DNA of 26,200 bases, from the NCBI GenBank assembly GCA_042217695.1, contig JBDGSE010000020.1:1-26200 (forward strand), read 5' to 3'. Every line of letters begins with the position of its first letter. The first letter of the stretch is position 1. The notes under the pieces are model-generated. The model was given only the letters and a program-made list of their open reading frames with translations. It did not search any database and was not told the origin of the DNA. Positions 1-8,811 of the stretch are shown here, one piece after another. The position numbers and the translations under genes were made by a program. This DNA is from Candidatus Nanohaloarchaea archaeon (GTDB lineage: Archaea > Nanohalarchaeota > Nanosalinia > Nanosalinales > Nanosalinaceae).

Positions 1-414
1 GGATGGATGCTTCTCGTTGTAGCTATCGTAGGAGGAGCAATTTTCGCAACCGTCCAGGGTCAGTGCCAGTCGACGACTTCCGGATTCTCCGGAACTGATG
101 TTCGAGTAGTCGACTTCGGAGCCACTACGAACGGCAATCTGAAAATACAGCTAAGGAACGGTGCAGCAAGTCCTATCGAAGTCACCAACGTTTCCATCGC
201 CAGATCCGAAGTCGGAACATTCGTGGATAGCACCAATGTCGTTGAAATGGGCGTAGGAGCAGATAATTCAGTAACTCTCACGCCTTCTAACGGTCAATTC
301 ACGAACGTCGATGGATGTAACACGTTTGACCTTGACATCACCTACAACATCACGGGCGGACTCACCAACCAGCACATCGCCGGAACTCTGACTTCAAGTA
401 TCGCAGTTCAATAA
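1..414 (+). CDS. Archaeal type IV pilin-like protein (5'-truncated by the window edge), possibly a major pilin
   Basis: Frame is open from base 1: GWMLLVVAIVGGAIFATVQGQC. This matches the '(EYLMTY)GW-hydrophobic' N-terminal helix of DPANN/euryarchaeal pilins and is followed by a small beta-rich head with a Cys pair. The cleavage site lies upstream of the window. Confidence 0.75.
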   Translation, partial: GWMLLVVAIVGGAIFATVQGQCQSTTSGFSGTDVRVVDFGATTNGNLKIQLRNGAASPIEVTNVSIARSEVGTFVDSTNVVEMGVGADNSVTLTPSNGQFTNVDGCNTFDLDITYNITGGLTNQHIAGTLTSSIAVQ

Positions 415-427
415 GTTCCGCCTTACC

Positions 428-475
428 ATCTTTTTCTTTTCTCTTAACGCCTAGCCACAGGCATACTTTTTTCTC
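428..475 (+). terminator. Archaeal T-tract terminator downstream of the pilin
   Basis: TTTTTCTTTT (431-440) and TTTTTT (467-472) follow the stop at 414, in the gap between convergent genes. Confidence 0.55.
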
Positions 476-488
476 AAGAATAACTGTT

Positions 489-1715
489 TCAGTCGTTCAA
501 CGCGTTCAGGTTCCAGTGGTCGACATGGTACTGGTCTAACCGGAACCATTCGTAGTAAACCGAGTTGCCTCCACCGGTTGTAACGCCGTCGATGGAGACC
601 GCGGGGCCGTAGGCCGCCGAGCTGTTGAAGTAGACGTAGTCGACGTTGGAAACGTCCTCGCCCGCGTCCGGTGCTTCGGTCTCGTTCACCAGGCTGACCA
701 GTCCTGTCGCACCCGTGCCGACCAGTCTGTTCTGCAGCCGGTCGAGGAAACCGGGGCCGTTTAAAGGTCCGGATGAAACCATGTAGCAGCTGTTTTCCAG
801 CATGTAGCGGAATCTGGAGTTCCAGACCTCGTTCTCGTCAAGTATAAGCGATTCGTTATCCTGTATCTCGGAGATGGAACCCGTGCCGATAACGTAGTTG
901 TCGTTGTAGTCGCCGGGGTTCGCCACCGTGTCCGCCGCCACGACACCTGTGAACTGCTGTGTGCTGTCCGGATTGTACTGTGCGAGGTCTGATGTCACAA
1001 GTACCGAGGACTGGAAATCGTTGACACGGGAGATGTTTGGTTCGACGTATGCCTCTCCCCAGACCGTGGAACCTGATGAAACCGTCCCAGTGTATAGCTG
1101 TTCTGCGGGGCGGGAGAAACCGCATCGGGAGAAGAAGTGGCCGTAGGTGTCCGCGGTCTGGATCCTTATCATCGGGTCCTCCAGGCCGGTTATCGAAGAG
1201 CTCTTTGTGGAGTGAAAGGTCTCGTTGAAGGCGGCACGGGTCCTCGGGTCTTCAAGCCGGGCCCACATCGCCAGTTCCGAAGAGATTACGAACTCGGTTT
1301 TCTTGGAGAAGTTGGCGCTCACGAATCTTATCCTCAGCCTGTAATCGGATCTCCTGGACAGGTTCCTGACCCGTCCAGCCCAGTTCTCCATGGATGCGTT
1401 CACCATGTACGGCAGTTCCTGGCCGTTCACAGAGGCGTTCACCATTATACTTGCAAGCTGTTCTTCGGGGTTTTCCAGCGGCTGCTGGGTGTTTATTATG
1501 TAGTTCGTGGCCTCTCCCAGGGTGCGGTCAAAGGCGATGTCGTGGGCCCGTCTCATGTCCTCTCCGATACCATCCAGGTAGAATGCTGCCTGGCCGATGA
1601 GAGCGGCATCCCCTCCTGTCCCCAGGCTGTATCCCTGGAACGGCATTATCGCCAGCATCATGAGTATGCCGGAGGCGGCCAGTGCAAACGTGGTGTAGGC
1701 CATGCCCTTATTCAT
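489..1715 (-). CDS. Pilin-like/class III signal peptide protein, 408 aa, last gene of the minor pilin operon
   Basis: N-terminus MNKG|MAYTTFALAASGILMMLAIMP (KG followed by a hydrophobic helix). 8-bp ATGAATAA overlap with the upstream gene. Many N-X-S/T sequons. Confidence 0.7.
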   Translation of the reverse strand: MNKGMAYTTFALAASGILMMLAIMPFQGYSLGTGGDAALIGQAAFYLDGIGEDMRRAHDIAFDRTLGEATNYIINTQQPLENPEEQLASIMVNASVNGQELPYMVNASMENWAGRVRNLSRRSDYRLRIRFVSANFSKKTEFVISSELAMWARLEDPRTRAAFNETFHSTKSSSITGLEDPMIRIQTADTYGHFFSRCGFSRPAEQLYTGTVSSGSTVWGEAYVEPNISRVNDFQSSVLVTSDLAQYNPDSTQQFTGVVAADTVANPGDYNDNYVIGTGSISEIQDNESLILDENEVWNSRFRYMLENSCYMVSSGPLNGPGFLDRLQNRLVGTGATGLVSLVNETEAPDAGEDVSNVDYVYFNSSAAYGPAVSIDGVTTGGGNSVYYEWFRLDQYHVDHWNLNALND

Positions 1716-3570
1716 TCCACACCACCAGCGTCACCTGTGAGGGACCCCACAGTTTTCTCTGGCCTCCGATCGCAACGGTCGAGGCGGCGATGTCCGTGGC
1801 TGTTATCAGAGAGCCCAGTTTCTCCTTCAACCGTTCCCTGGCGTCCTGTCTGGCCGCTGCCGCGGTGGGAAACACGTCCCCGTATCCAACACGTGTCGGG
1901 GCCTCGATCTTGTACTCGAAGAGGGTGTAACGCAGGAACTCCGCCTGCGATCCGGGATCGCTGAGCCTTATCATGTTTGACTTGTTGAAGTCGAAGGCGG
2001 TCGGATTCAGTGCCACCAGGGTCGGGGTGGCGCCAACCTCGGAGGCGTTGAAAACGGTCTCGTAGCCCTCCCCGGCGGGCTTGACCTCGACCGCTGGCTG
2101 CTCGCTGTAGAACTGTGAGAGGTAGAGGTTGATCTCCGACACGTTAGAGTATTCGATGGTGGCGTTGTAAGTCTTGGGATTCGTGTTCGCACCGCCCAGC
2201 TCCACTGCAGTCCTTGCCTCGTACGTGTTGAAAGAGAGTTCCTGCGGTTCACGGTACCACACCGTTATGTGTGAGGCGTTATCTCCGGTCGAGCCTCCCA
2301 GAAGCCGTGTCTCCCTGCCGCCCCAGAACAGGTCCTGACCGTTGTGGGATGCGTATACCGTCATTATATTGCTGCCGGCCTCGGTCTCGGCAGTCAGATT
2401 CAGCTGTTTCCTGTAGTCGCCACGGGCGCACTCTGCCAGCACCTCCTGGCCGTTGTAGAGCATCCTTGCATCCCATCCCAGCGGCCCGCATCCGTTATCC
2501 AGCTCGTTTATCTTCAGGGTCGCGGTGGCGTTGACTATCTCCGCATCGGTGGGCACGGAGAACTCTTCCACGTTGAAAAGGCCGGAGTCACCGCTTCTTA
2601 CATGAGTTGTCACGGTCTTCATCTCGATCCTTTTGCGTTTCAACTGCTTCACGGATTTGTCCGGGACCCGCTGGTATCTCACGGTCAGGCGGGTGCCGGG
2701 ATAGAGCCGTGTCCTCCTGCCTGCCCGGGGGTCCTCCATCTGGATGTAGACCTCGTTGAGGCCGGGATCTATCTCTGCGGTGACGTCCAGCCGGTAGTAC
2801 GTCAGGTCGCCGCTGCTGTAGAGCGCCGCGCTATCCGGCCAGCTTACTCTCTCCCCGTTTATCCTCAGCGTACGGAACTGCTGGCTGGGTCCCTCGGAAA
2901 GAGCTATGTCGAGGGTGGCATGGCCAATGGAGTCCGCGTTCACGGTGAACTGTTTCCGGACCTCGAACGTGTTGGGGTTTCTCCCACGACCTCCGCCGGA
3001 TACAAGGGTTCCTGCAGGCGAGAAAGGTATCACCTGTGTCACGTTGCTTATCGCTCCCAGTACCTTGGCCCTCGCCCTGTAACCTGAAAGGGTGGCGTTC
3101 AGCTTGAACCCGGAGACGAGTGTTGAAACCGAGGACACAGCCCCGCTGTCGGGACTCCCTGTAGAGTATATAGTGTATGTCTTGCCGGACTCGTAGACGT
3201 TCAGCCGGTACTGCCTGGTGGAGAACTTGCTGTTGAAGTACCGTCGCACGGATTCCCGGGCGTAGTTGAGTTCGCCGGAGGCCCACAGGTAGGTAACTCC
3301 CTCCAGGATGGTCTTGTCGAGGTCCTCCCGGGTGAAAACCGTCTCGCTGACCAGTTCCTGCCGGAACTCCGGAGTATAGAACGAGAAGTCGCGGGCGGAG
3401 GCCATCTTTATCACGTCCCGGCTTTTCTGGGTTGTCGCCTCAAAACGGTTCTTCTTGTAGGAGAAATCTGCACTGGCCATACTGGAGGCCTGGCTCGCCA
3501 GTAGAAACGTTGCAGACATCACCATCAGCGCTATCATCGCGTCGAAAGAAAAGTAGAAGCCCTTCCTCAT
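1708..3570 (-). CDS. Large minor pilin / putative pilus tip adhesin with repeated beta-sandwich modules
   Basis: Start reassigned to ATG 3570 (ATGA overlap with the upstream stop at 3567-3569), giving MRKG|FYFSFDAMIALMVMSATFLL, a class III-type signal. Internal repeated modules are present. Confidence 0.7.
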   Translation of the reverse strand: MRKGFYFSFDAMIALMVMSATFLLASQASSMASADFSYKKNRFEATTQKSRDVIKMASARDFSFYTPEFRQELVSETVFTREDLDKTILEGVTYLWASGELNYARESVRRYFNSKFSTRQYRLNVYESGKTYTIYSTGSPDSGAVSSVSTLVSGFKLNATLSGYRARAKVLGAISNVTQVIPFSPAGTLVSGGGRGRNPNTFEVRKQFTVNADSIGHATLDIALSEGPSQQFRTLRINGERVSWPDSAALYSSGDLTYYRLDVTAEIDPGLNEVYIQMEDPRAGRRTRLYPGTRLTVRYQRVPDKSVKQLKRKRIEMKTVTTHVRSGDSGLFNVEEFSVPTDAEIVNATATLKINELDNGCGPLGWDARMLYNGQEVLAECARGDYRKQLNLTAETEAGSNIMTVYASHNGQDLFWGGRETRLLGGSTGDNASHITVWYREPQELSFNTYEARTAVELGGANTNPKTYNATIEYSNVSEINLYLSQFYSEQPAVEVKPAGEGYETVFNASEVGATPTLVALNPTAFDFNKSNMIRLSDPGSQAEFLRYTLFEYKIEAPTRVGYGDVFPTAAAARQDARERLKEKLGSLITATDIAASTVAIGGQRKLWGPSQVTLVVWNE

Positions 3571-4082
3571 TCTCTCCACACCACATACCTCATGGTAGCG
3601 GGTTTCAGGGTTCCAGAGACATTTACCAGGACCTCTCTCTCCACCGGGACGATCGTGGAGGCGTTGGAGTAAGATCTGCCGTAGACTGCGGGCTCGCCAT
3701 CTATCTGGATCGGGTTGCCGGAGTGCAGGAACACGAGATAGAAGTTCCGTACCCTCAGCAGACGCCGTTTTTCCTGGTAGCTGAGGGAACCAAAGGCGGA
3801 TATCTTCTCCGCGCTGAGCACGTTGTCGTCCGTGGCAAATCCGGGTATCCTGACGTTTTCCGCGTCCCAGTTCGCCGGGTATCCCGGTGTGGAAACCAGG
3901 AAAGTGGTGGTCCTGACCGCGTCCTCTCGCATCTCCTTCACCGCATCAAAACGGGTCTGGCTCGACATCACCGTGTTCCAGGGCGCCAGGAACAGCCCTA
4001 TCACCAGGGTGAACAGCGCCAGGCTCGCCAGGAAATCCGGTTCGAACACCTGGCCCTTACCGGATGATATAGACGGAGCCAT
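3567..4082 (-). CDS. Minor pilin-like protein (class III signal peptide)
   Basis: MAPSISSGKG|QVFEPDFLASLALFTLVIGLF. SD AAGGTG with a 7-nt spacer before ATG. C-terminal 'RYVVW' strand resembles the 'LVVW' end of the next gene. Confidence 0.75.
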   Translation of the reverse strand: MAPSISSGKGQVFEPDFLASLALFTLVIGLFLAPWNTVMSSQTRFDAVKEMREDAVRTTTFLVSTPGYPANWDAENVRIPGFATDDNVLSAEKISAFGSLSYQEKRRLLRVRNFYLVFLHSGNPIQIDGEPAVYGRSYSNASTIVPVEREVLVNVSGTLKPATMRYVVWRE

Positions 4083-4452
4083 TGTTGAGCACCTTGTAAC
4101 TGGTAGTTCCTCTGGATTTTAACCTCAGGGTCCGGCCACGGTAGAGCGTGGGCTCTGTAACGAACCCCTCCCCCCAGGCAAGGTATACCGTGTTGTTCCT
4201 CACCGTTACGTTGTAGTTTCTACCTCCTATGGCTGTTGGCAGGAAAAACCTCCTGGAGTAGCCGTCACCCTGTACAAGAGCCATCTCGGCCTGGAAGGCC
4301 ACGTTCTCCGCTATATCTCTCGCGGTCTGGTAGTTATGGTACTGCACGGCTCTCGACTGTTTCTTCGCCACGAAACCCATCATTATCGCAAGCAAGAGCA
4401 TCGAGAACCCGACAAGAGTCATGAATTCTATGGCGACCTGTCCCTTTCTCAT
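4057..4452 (-). CDS. Minor pilin (class III signal peptide, QxxxE type)
   Basis: MRKG|QVAIEFMTLVGFSMLLLAIMMGFV, a canonical archaeal prepilin with +1 Q and +5 E. ATGA overlap at 4449-4452. Confidence 0.85.
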   Translation of the reverse strand: MRKGQVAIEFMTLVGFSMLLLAIMMGFVAKKQSRAVQYHNYQTARDIAENVAFQAEMALVQGDGYSRRFFLPTAIGGRNYNVTVRNNTVYLAWGEGFVTEPTLYRGRTLRLKSRGTTSYKVLNNGSVYIIR

Positions 4453-4868
4453 GATACCACCGATATGTTTACCTGGCCGTTCCAGGCCCGGACCGAGAGC
4501 CTTGAAGTCTGTTCCGGCAGGCCTCCAGGGGCCGATACATTTGTGTCAAACACCTGGGAAAGATTGGTGTGACCGGCCTGTGTCCTTACAGTGTAGACCA
4601 CGGCACGGTCCTCCACCACCGTCGCTTTCACAACGTTGTCCGGCACCCGGAACAGAAACGTGAGCCGGGCCGGTTCCCCCGAGGCACTTACCATCTGAAC
4701 GCCGGACTCGAGCTTGTCCAGAGAGTTCTCCATCATGATAAGCCGGGAGTTCTGCTGCACGTTCACCACGGCCTGCTGCGCACTCATTATGAACGGCGCA
4801 GAAATCATCAGGGCTAGTCCGACAACACTCAGGAATTCTATAGATGACTGTGCTTTTCTCAGGGACAC
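4449..4868 (-). CDS. Minor pilin (class III signal peptide, QxxxE type), first gene of the operon
   Basis: GTG at 4868 (or TTG at 4874) gives MSLRKA|QSSIEFLSVVGLALMISAPF. GGAGG lies at 4890-4886. The ORF-track extension to 5057 overlaps ppsA and is unlikely. Confidence 0.8.
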   Translation of the reverse strand: MSLRKAQSSIEFLSVVGLALMISAPFIMSAQQAVVNVQQNSRLIMMENSLDKLESGVQMVSASGEPARLTFLFRVPDNVVKATVVEDRAVVYTVRTQAGHTNLSQVFDTNVSAPGGLPEQTSRLSVRAWNGQVNISVVS

Positions 4869-4938
4869 GTTCAAGAGTTGTAAGTCCTCCTTAAAATCAT
4901 CTCGGGAGCTATATCGCCACTGCCCGAGCACAACACTC

Positions 4939-4947
4939 TTTTTATAT
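4939..4947 (+). promoter_or_regulatory. TATA box for a leaderless ppsA transcript, in a divergent promoter region
   Basis: TTTTTATAT ends about 23 nt before ATG 4971, the spacing expected for archaeal leaderless mRNAs. Confidence 0.55.
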
Positions 4948-4970
4948 GGGAGCCCGTGGAAAAATCTTAC

Positions 4971-7493
4971 ATGACCAATGTCCTCTGGTTCGAAAATATA
5001 ACCGCCGACGACACCGGTAAAGTTGGCGGTAAAAGCGCCAATCTCGGAGAACTCCAAAACGAAGTAGATGTGCCTGTCCTGCCCGGTTTTGCAACGACCG
5101 CTGACGCATACGACCGGTTCATCAAGGAGACAGACCTGAAGGATAAGATCGAGCGACTGCTCGATGGTCTTGACACGGACGATGTAAACGATTTACAGAG
5201 GAGAGGCGAACAGATACGCTCCCATATAAAGGAGGCCGACATGCCAGAAGACCTGCGAAACGATTTCATAGAGTCGTACCACGAACTGGCGGAGAAACTC
5301 GATGTGGAGGAGCCCAAGGTCGCGGTGCGTTCATCTGCAACCGCTGAAGACTTACCCGGGGCAAGTTTCGCGGGACAGCAGGAGACATACCTGAACGTCT
5401 CCGGCGACCAGGAACTGATCGAGTCCGTGAAGAAATGCTTTGCATCGCTTTTCACAAACAGGGCTATAAGCTACAGAGAGGATAAGGGCTTCAACCACTT
5501 CGACATCAAGTTGAGCGCGGTCGTGCAGAAGATGGGCCGCTCCGATATCGGTGCCGCTGGAGTCATGTTCACAATAGACCCGGACTCCGGTTTCGAGAAC
5601 GTGGTCACCATAAACGGCAGCTACGGCCTCGGGGAATACGTGGTCCTGGGAGAGGTCAACCCGGACGAGTTCACCGTGTTCAAGGAGAACTTCGGCATAA
5701 TAGAGAAGGAGGTCGGCGACAAGGAGGTTAAACTGGTACGGAGCGACGACCCTGACAAGGACAACGAGGAGGTAGAGGTGCCTCCAGAGGAACGGGAACA
5801 GTTCTGTATCACCGACAACCAGGTAAAAGAGCTGGCGAAGTACGCCGTAAGGATAGAGGAGCACTACGGCAAACCGATGGACATCGAATGGGTGCTCGAC
5901 GGCCAGACGAAAGAACTTTACATAGTCCAGGCCCGGCCCGAGACGGTGCAGTCCGAGAAAGACCATGACGTTATCAAAAACTACAAGCTGAACGAGGAGT
6001 CAGAGGTTCTGCTGGAAGGCTCGGCCATCGGCTCCAAGATCGGGAAAGGCAAGGCACACGTCCTTGACTCGCCGAAACAGATAGACCAGTTCGAGGATGA
6101 CCAGGTGCTTGTAACCGACATGACAGACCCGGACTGGGAGCCCATAATGAAGAAGGCCGGCGCTATAATAACCAACAAGGGTGGACGCACCTCACACGCC
6201 GCGATAGTTTCCCGCGAACTCGGGGTTCCCGCGGTCATCGGCACGGAAAACGCCACCTCCAAACTGAGCAACAAGCAGGAGGTAACTGTTGACGGTTCCT
6301 CCTCGACAGGAAAGGTTTGGGACGGGGAACTCGAGTTCGAGGTCGAGGAACACCACCTGGACGAGATACCGGAGACAGAGACCGATGTACAGGTCAACAT
6401 AGGAGAGCCTTCAGAGGTCTTCAACCTGGCTCAGCTCCCTGTAGACGGCGTAGGCCTCGCCCGCGAAGAGTTCATAATCTCCTCGCATGTCGGCGTACAC
6501 CCATTGAAGCTTATCGAGGAGGACCGTGAGGACGAGTACGTCGAGGCCCTGAGAAGCGGTATAGGAAAGATAGGTGCCGCGTTCTACCCTGACCAGGTCG
6601 TCGTAAGGCTCTCGGACTTCAAGTCCGACGAGTACGCGGAACTCAAGGGCGGCGAGGACTATGAACCGGACGAGGCAAACCCGATGCTCGGTTTCCGAGG
6701 CGCCTCAAGGTACTACGACGAACAGTTCTCGAAGGCCTTCGAACTGGAATGCAAGGCGTTACGACAGGCGATAGACGAGCTGGAGCTCGACAACCTGACG
6801 ATAATGGTGCCCTTCACCCGGACCGTCGAGGAAGGCAAGAACGTCCGCGCCAGGATGAAGGAGTACGGCCTGGACCAGGGAGACATCGACGTCTACGTCA
6901 TGGCCGAGATACCCTCCAACATCATAAGGGCGGAAGAGTACGCAGAGGTCTTCGACGGTTTCTCAATCGGCACGAACGATCTCACCCAGCTGACTCTGGG
7001 GGTCGACAGGAACTCCGACAAACTGAAGGAACTGTTCGACGAGCGAGACCCCGCGGTGAAGGACTCCGTCCGGAGACTGATCGACCGGGCCCACCGGAAA
7101 GACACGCACGTAGGTATCTGTGGCGACGCGCCTTCAACCCACGAGGGATACGCCGATTTCCTTGTGGACGCGGACATCGACGCGATATCGGTTTCACCGG
7201 ACGTTGCGCTGGAGACCATAATGAAAGTGGCGGATGCCGAAAGCGAGAAATCCGACGAGGAGAACAGCGTGGAGGTAGAGGTCGACGTCGAGGCAGATAT
7301 AGGCAGTACCGCGGGCCAGGTCTACAAGACGCTGAACGAACACGGGAAGGCCACCGCCAACCGTTTGCTCGACCTGACCTCGAAGACCCTGGATCACGAC
7401 AGGATCAACCAGGCGCTGGGATGGCTTGCAAAAGAGGGCAAGGTCGTCAAGCAGAAAGACGAGGACGGCAACACGGTCTACCGGTTGAAGTAG
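4971..7493 (+). CDS. ppsA: Phosphoenolpyruvate synthase (pyruvate, water dikinase) with a C-terminal DUF2582-like winged-helix extension
   Basis: VGGKSANLGEL, VAVRSSATAEDLPGASFAGQQETYLNV, phospho-His motif GGRTSHAAIVSRELG (His codon 6195-6197), DEANPMLGFRGASRY, DGFSIGTNDLTQLTLGVDR and GICG. ATG 4971 is preferred over GTG 4956. Confidence 0.96.
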   Translation: MTNVLWFENITADDTGKVGGKSANLGELQNEVDVPVLPGFATTADAYDRFIKETDLKDKIERLLDGLDTDDVNDLQRRGEQIRSHIKEADMPEDLRNDFIESYHELAEKLDVEEPKVAVRSSATAEDLPGASFAGQQETYLNVSGDQELIESVKKCFASLFTNRAISYREDKGFNHFDIKLSAVVQKMGRSDIGAAGVMFTIDPDSGFENVVTINGSYGLGEYVVLGEVNPDEFTVFKENFGIIEKEVGDKEVKLVRSDDPDKDNEEVEVPPEEREQFCITDNQVKELAKYAVRIEEHYGKPMDIEWVLDGQTKELYIVQARPETVQSEKDHDVIKNYKLNEESEVLLEGSAIGSKIGKGKAHVLDSPKQIDQFEDDQVLVTDMTDPDWEPIMKKAGAIITNKGGRTSHAAIVSRELGVPAVIGTENATSKLSNKQEVTVDGSSSTGKVWDGELEFEVEEHHLDEIPETETDVQVNIGEPSEVFNLAQLPVDGVGLAREEFIISSHVGVHPLKLIEEDREDEYVEALRSGIGKIGAAFYPDQVVVRLSDFKSDEYAELKGGEDYEPDEANPMLGFRGASRYYDEQFSKAFELECKALRQAIDELELDNLTIMVPFTRTVEEGKNVRARMKEYGLDQGDIDVYVMAEIPSNIIRAEEYAEVFDGFSIGTNDLTQLTLGVDRNSDKLKELFDERDPAVKDSVRRLIDRAHRKDTHVGICGDAPSTHEGYADFLVDADIDAISVSPDVALETIMKVADAESEKSDEENSVEVEVDVEADIGSTAGQVYKTLNEHGKATANRLLDLTSKTLDHDRINQALGWLAKEGKVVKQKDEDGNTVYRLK

Positions 7494-7904
7494 TCACCGG
7501 ACCTCTATTACCTGTTTTTTAACCTGCTGGCCGTTATATTCGACCACGACGGTATACACCCCGGACTGCAACGGCGGGGTATGGGCCCTGTAAACACCCA
7601 GCCCGAGACAGGTGTCCACGAAAACCTGGGGAGGACTGACGCGGGAAGACCTGATGTTTAGAACTATCTTTCCTCCAGATTTGCTGTAGGTGTAGCTCAT
7701 GGATGCGTCCGGGTTTTCGACCGGGAAACGCCCCTCGAAGTAGAGCTGTCGGTCCCTGAGGTTTATATCGACATCCTGTCCACGGCCGTACCGACACTCA
7801 GTTTCAAGATCCGTGAAATCTATCCTTGCCTGCGAACCCTCCGCTGCGAGTAACGCAACCGCGAACAGGAACACGAGCGCAACCCCACTCCAGAACTTTC
7901 CCAT
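7494..7904 (-). CDS. Small secreted/membrane-anchored hypothetical protein with a Cys pair
   Basis: Signal-like MGKFWSGVALVFLFAVALLAA and a beta-rich body. TTTAAAA box about 24 nt upstream. Its stop abuts the ppsA stop. Confidence 0.7.
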   Translation of the reverse strand: MGKFWSGVALVFLFAVALLAAEGSQARIDFTDLETECRYGRGQDVDINLRDRQLYFEGRFPVENPDASMSYTYSKSGGKIVLNIRSSRVSPPQVFVDTCLGLGVYRAHTPPLQSGVYTVVVEYNGQQVKKQVIEVR

Positions 7905-7999
7905 AACTACTATATAACAGTAAAAAGTTTTAAACTCTCCGAGGTAACATCAACACAGGAGGTTTTAAACGGCGGAGCGGGCCCGGATAACTGATAGGA

Positions 8000-8007
8000 T
8001 TTATTAA
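8000..8007 (+). promoter_or_regulatory. TATA box for minD
   Basis: TTTATTAA lies 24 nt before ATG 8032. Confidence 0.55.
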
Positions 8008-8031
8008 CCTCTGAGCGGAAGTGTACCATAG

Positions 8032-8811
8032 ATGAGTAGAGGCAGGATTATCGGGTTGATATCCGGCAAGGGCGGAGTTGGAAAGACAAGTATAGGCGTA
8101 AACCTTTCTATAGCCCTGAAACAGATGGGCAACGAGGTAACGCTCGTGGACGCAGACTTCGCCGCCTCCAACCTGGGAGTCTACCTGGGAAGGTACGACC
8201 ACCCGGTCAAGATACAGCAGGTCCTGAACGGGGACTCCGAACCGGATTCCGCGATATTCAGGCACCCGACCGGTATCAAGGCCGCGGTATCCTCCAACGA
8301 GATAAACCACGTGGAGCCGGATACCGCCAAACTCAGGCAGATGCTCCTGGAGGCATCCCAGGACTCGGATTACGTTCTCGTGGACTGCCCTCCCGGACTG
8401 AACGCCACGGTCGAATCCATAATGGCCTCCGTCGACGAGATGATGATAGTCACGATGCCGACACAGACCGCGGGTATAAACGCGGCCCAGATAATAGAGA
8501 AGGCGAAACAGCTCAAACAGCCGGTGCTGGGCACAGTGGTGAACATGGTTGAGAACGACCCCGAGAAAGAACTTGTGGAAAGAGAGATCGAGATGATGAC
8601 CGAATCCCACATAATGGCACAGATACCTCACGACCCGCTCATGAAGAAGAGCCTGTTCGAGAACCAGCCGCTGATACTCTACGAACCTCTCTCCGAGGCC
8701 TCGCTCCAGATAAAGGAGCTGGCGGCCAGCATGGACGGCCAGCGCTACGAGAGACCTAAGTTCGCAAAGGTCAAGAAGAAGATAAACGACCTGAAACGTT
8801 CCCTGGGTTAA
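8032..8811 (+). CDS. minD: MinD/ParA-family ATPase (archaeal MinD type)
   Basis: Deviant Walker A SGKGGVGKT, LVDADFAASNLGVYLG, Walker B region YVLVDCPPG, GTVVNM and a basic amphipathic C-terminus (KVKKKINDLKRSLG). Confidence 0.9.
   Translation: MSRGRIIGLISGKGGVGKTSIGVNLSIALKQMGNEVTLVDADFAASNLGVYLGRYDHPVKIQQVLNGDSEPDSAIFRHPTGIKAAVSSNEINHVEPDTAKLRQMLLEASQDSDYVLVDCPPGLNATVESIMASVDEMMIVTMPTQTAGINAAQIIEKAKQLKQPVLGTVVNMVENDPEKELVEREIEMMTESHIMAQIPHDPLMKKSLFENQPLILYEPLSEASLQIKELAASMDGQRYERPKFAKVKKKINDLKRSLG

Noticed and set aside
4869..5057. N-terminal extension of the 202-aa ORF 4449..5057
   Set aside because: It overlaps the ppsA start on the opposite strand. The class III signal and GGAGG place the true start at about 4868-4874.
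6749..7522. 257-aa alternative-frame ORF and several antisense ORFs inside ppsA
   Set aside because: Arg/Gly-rich shadow frames expected from GC-rich, acidic codon usage, with no motifs.
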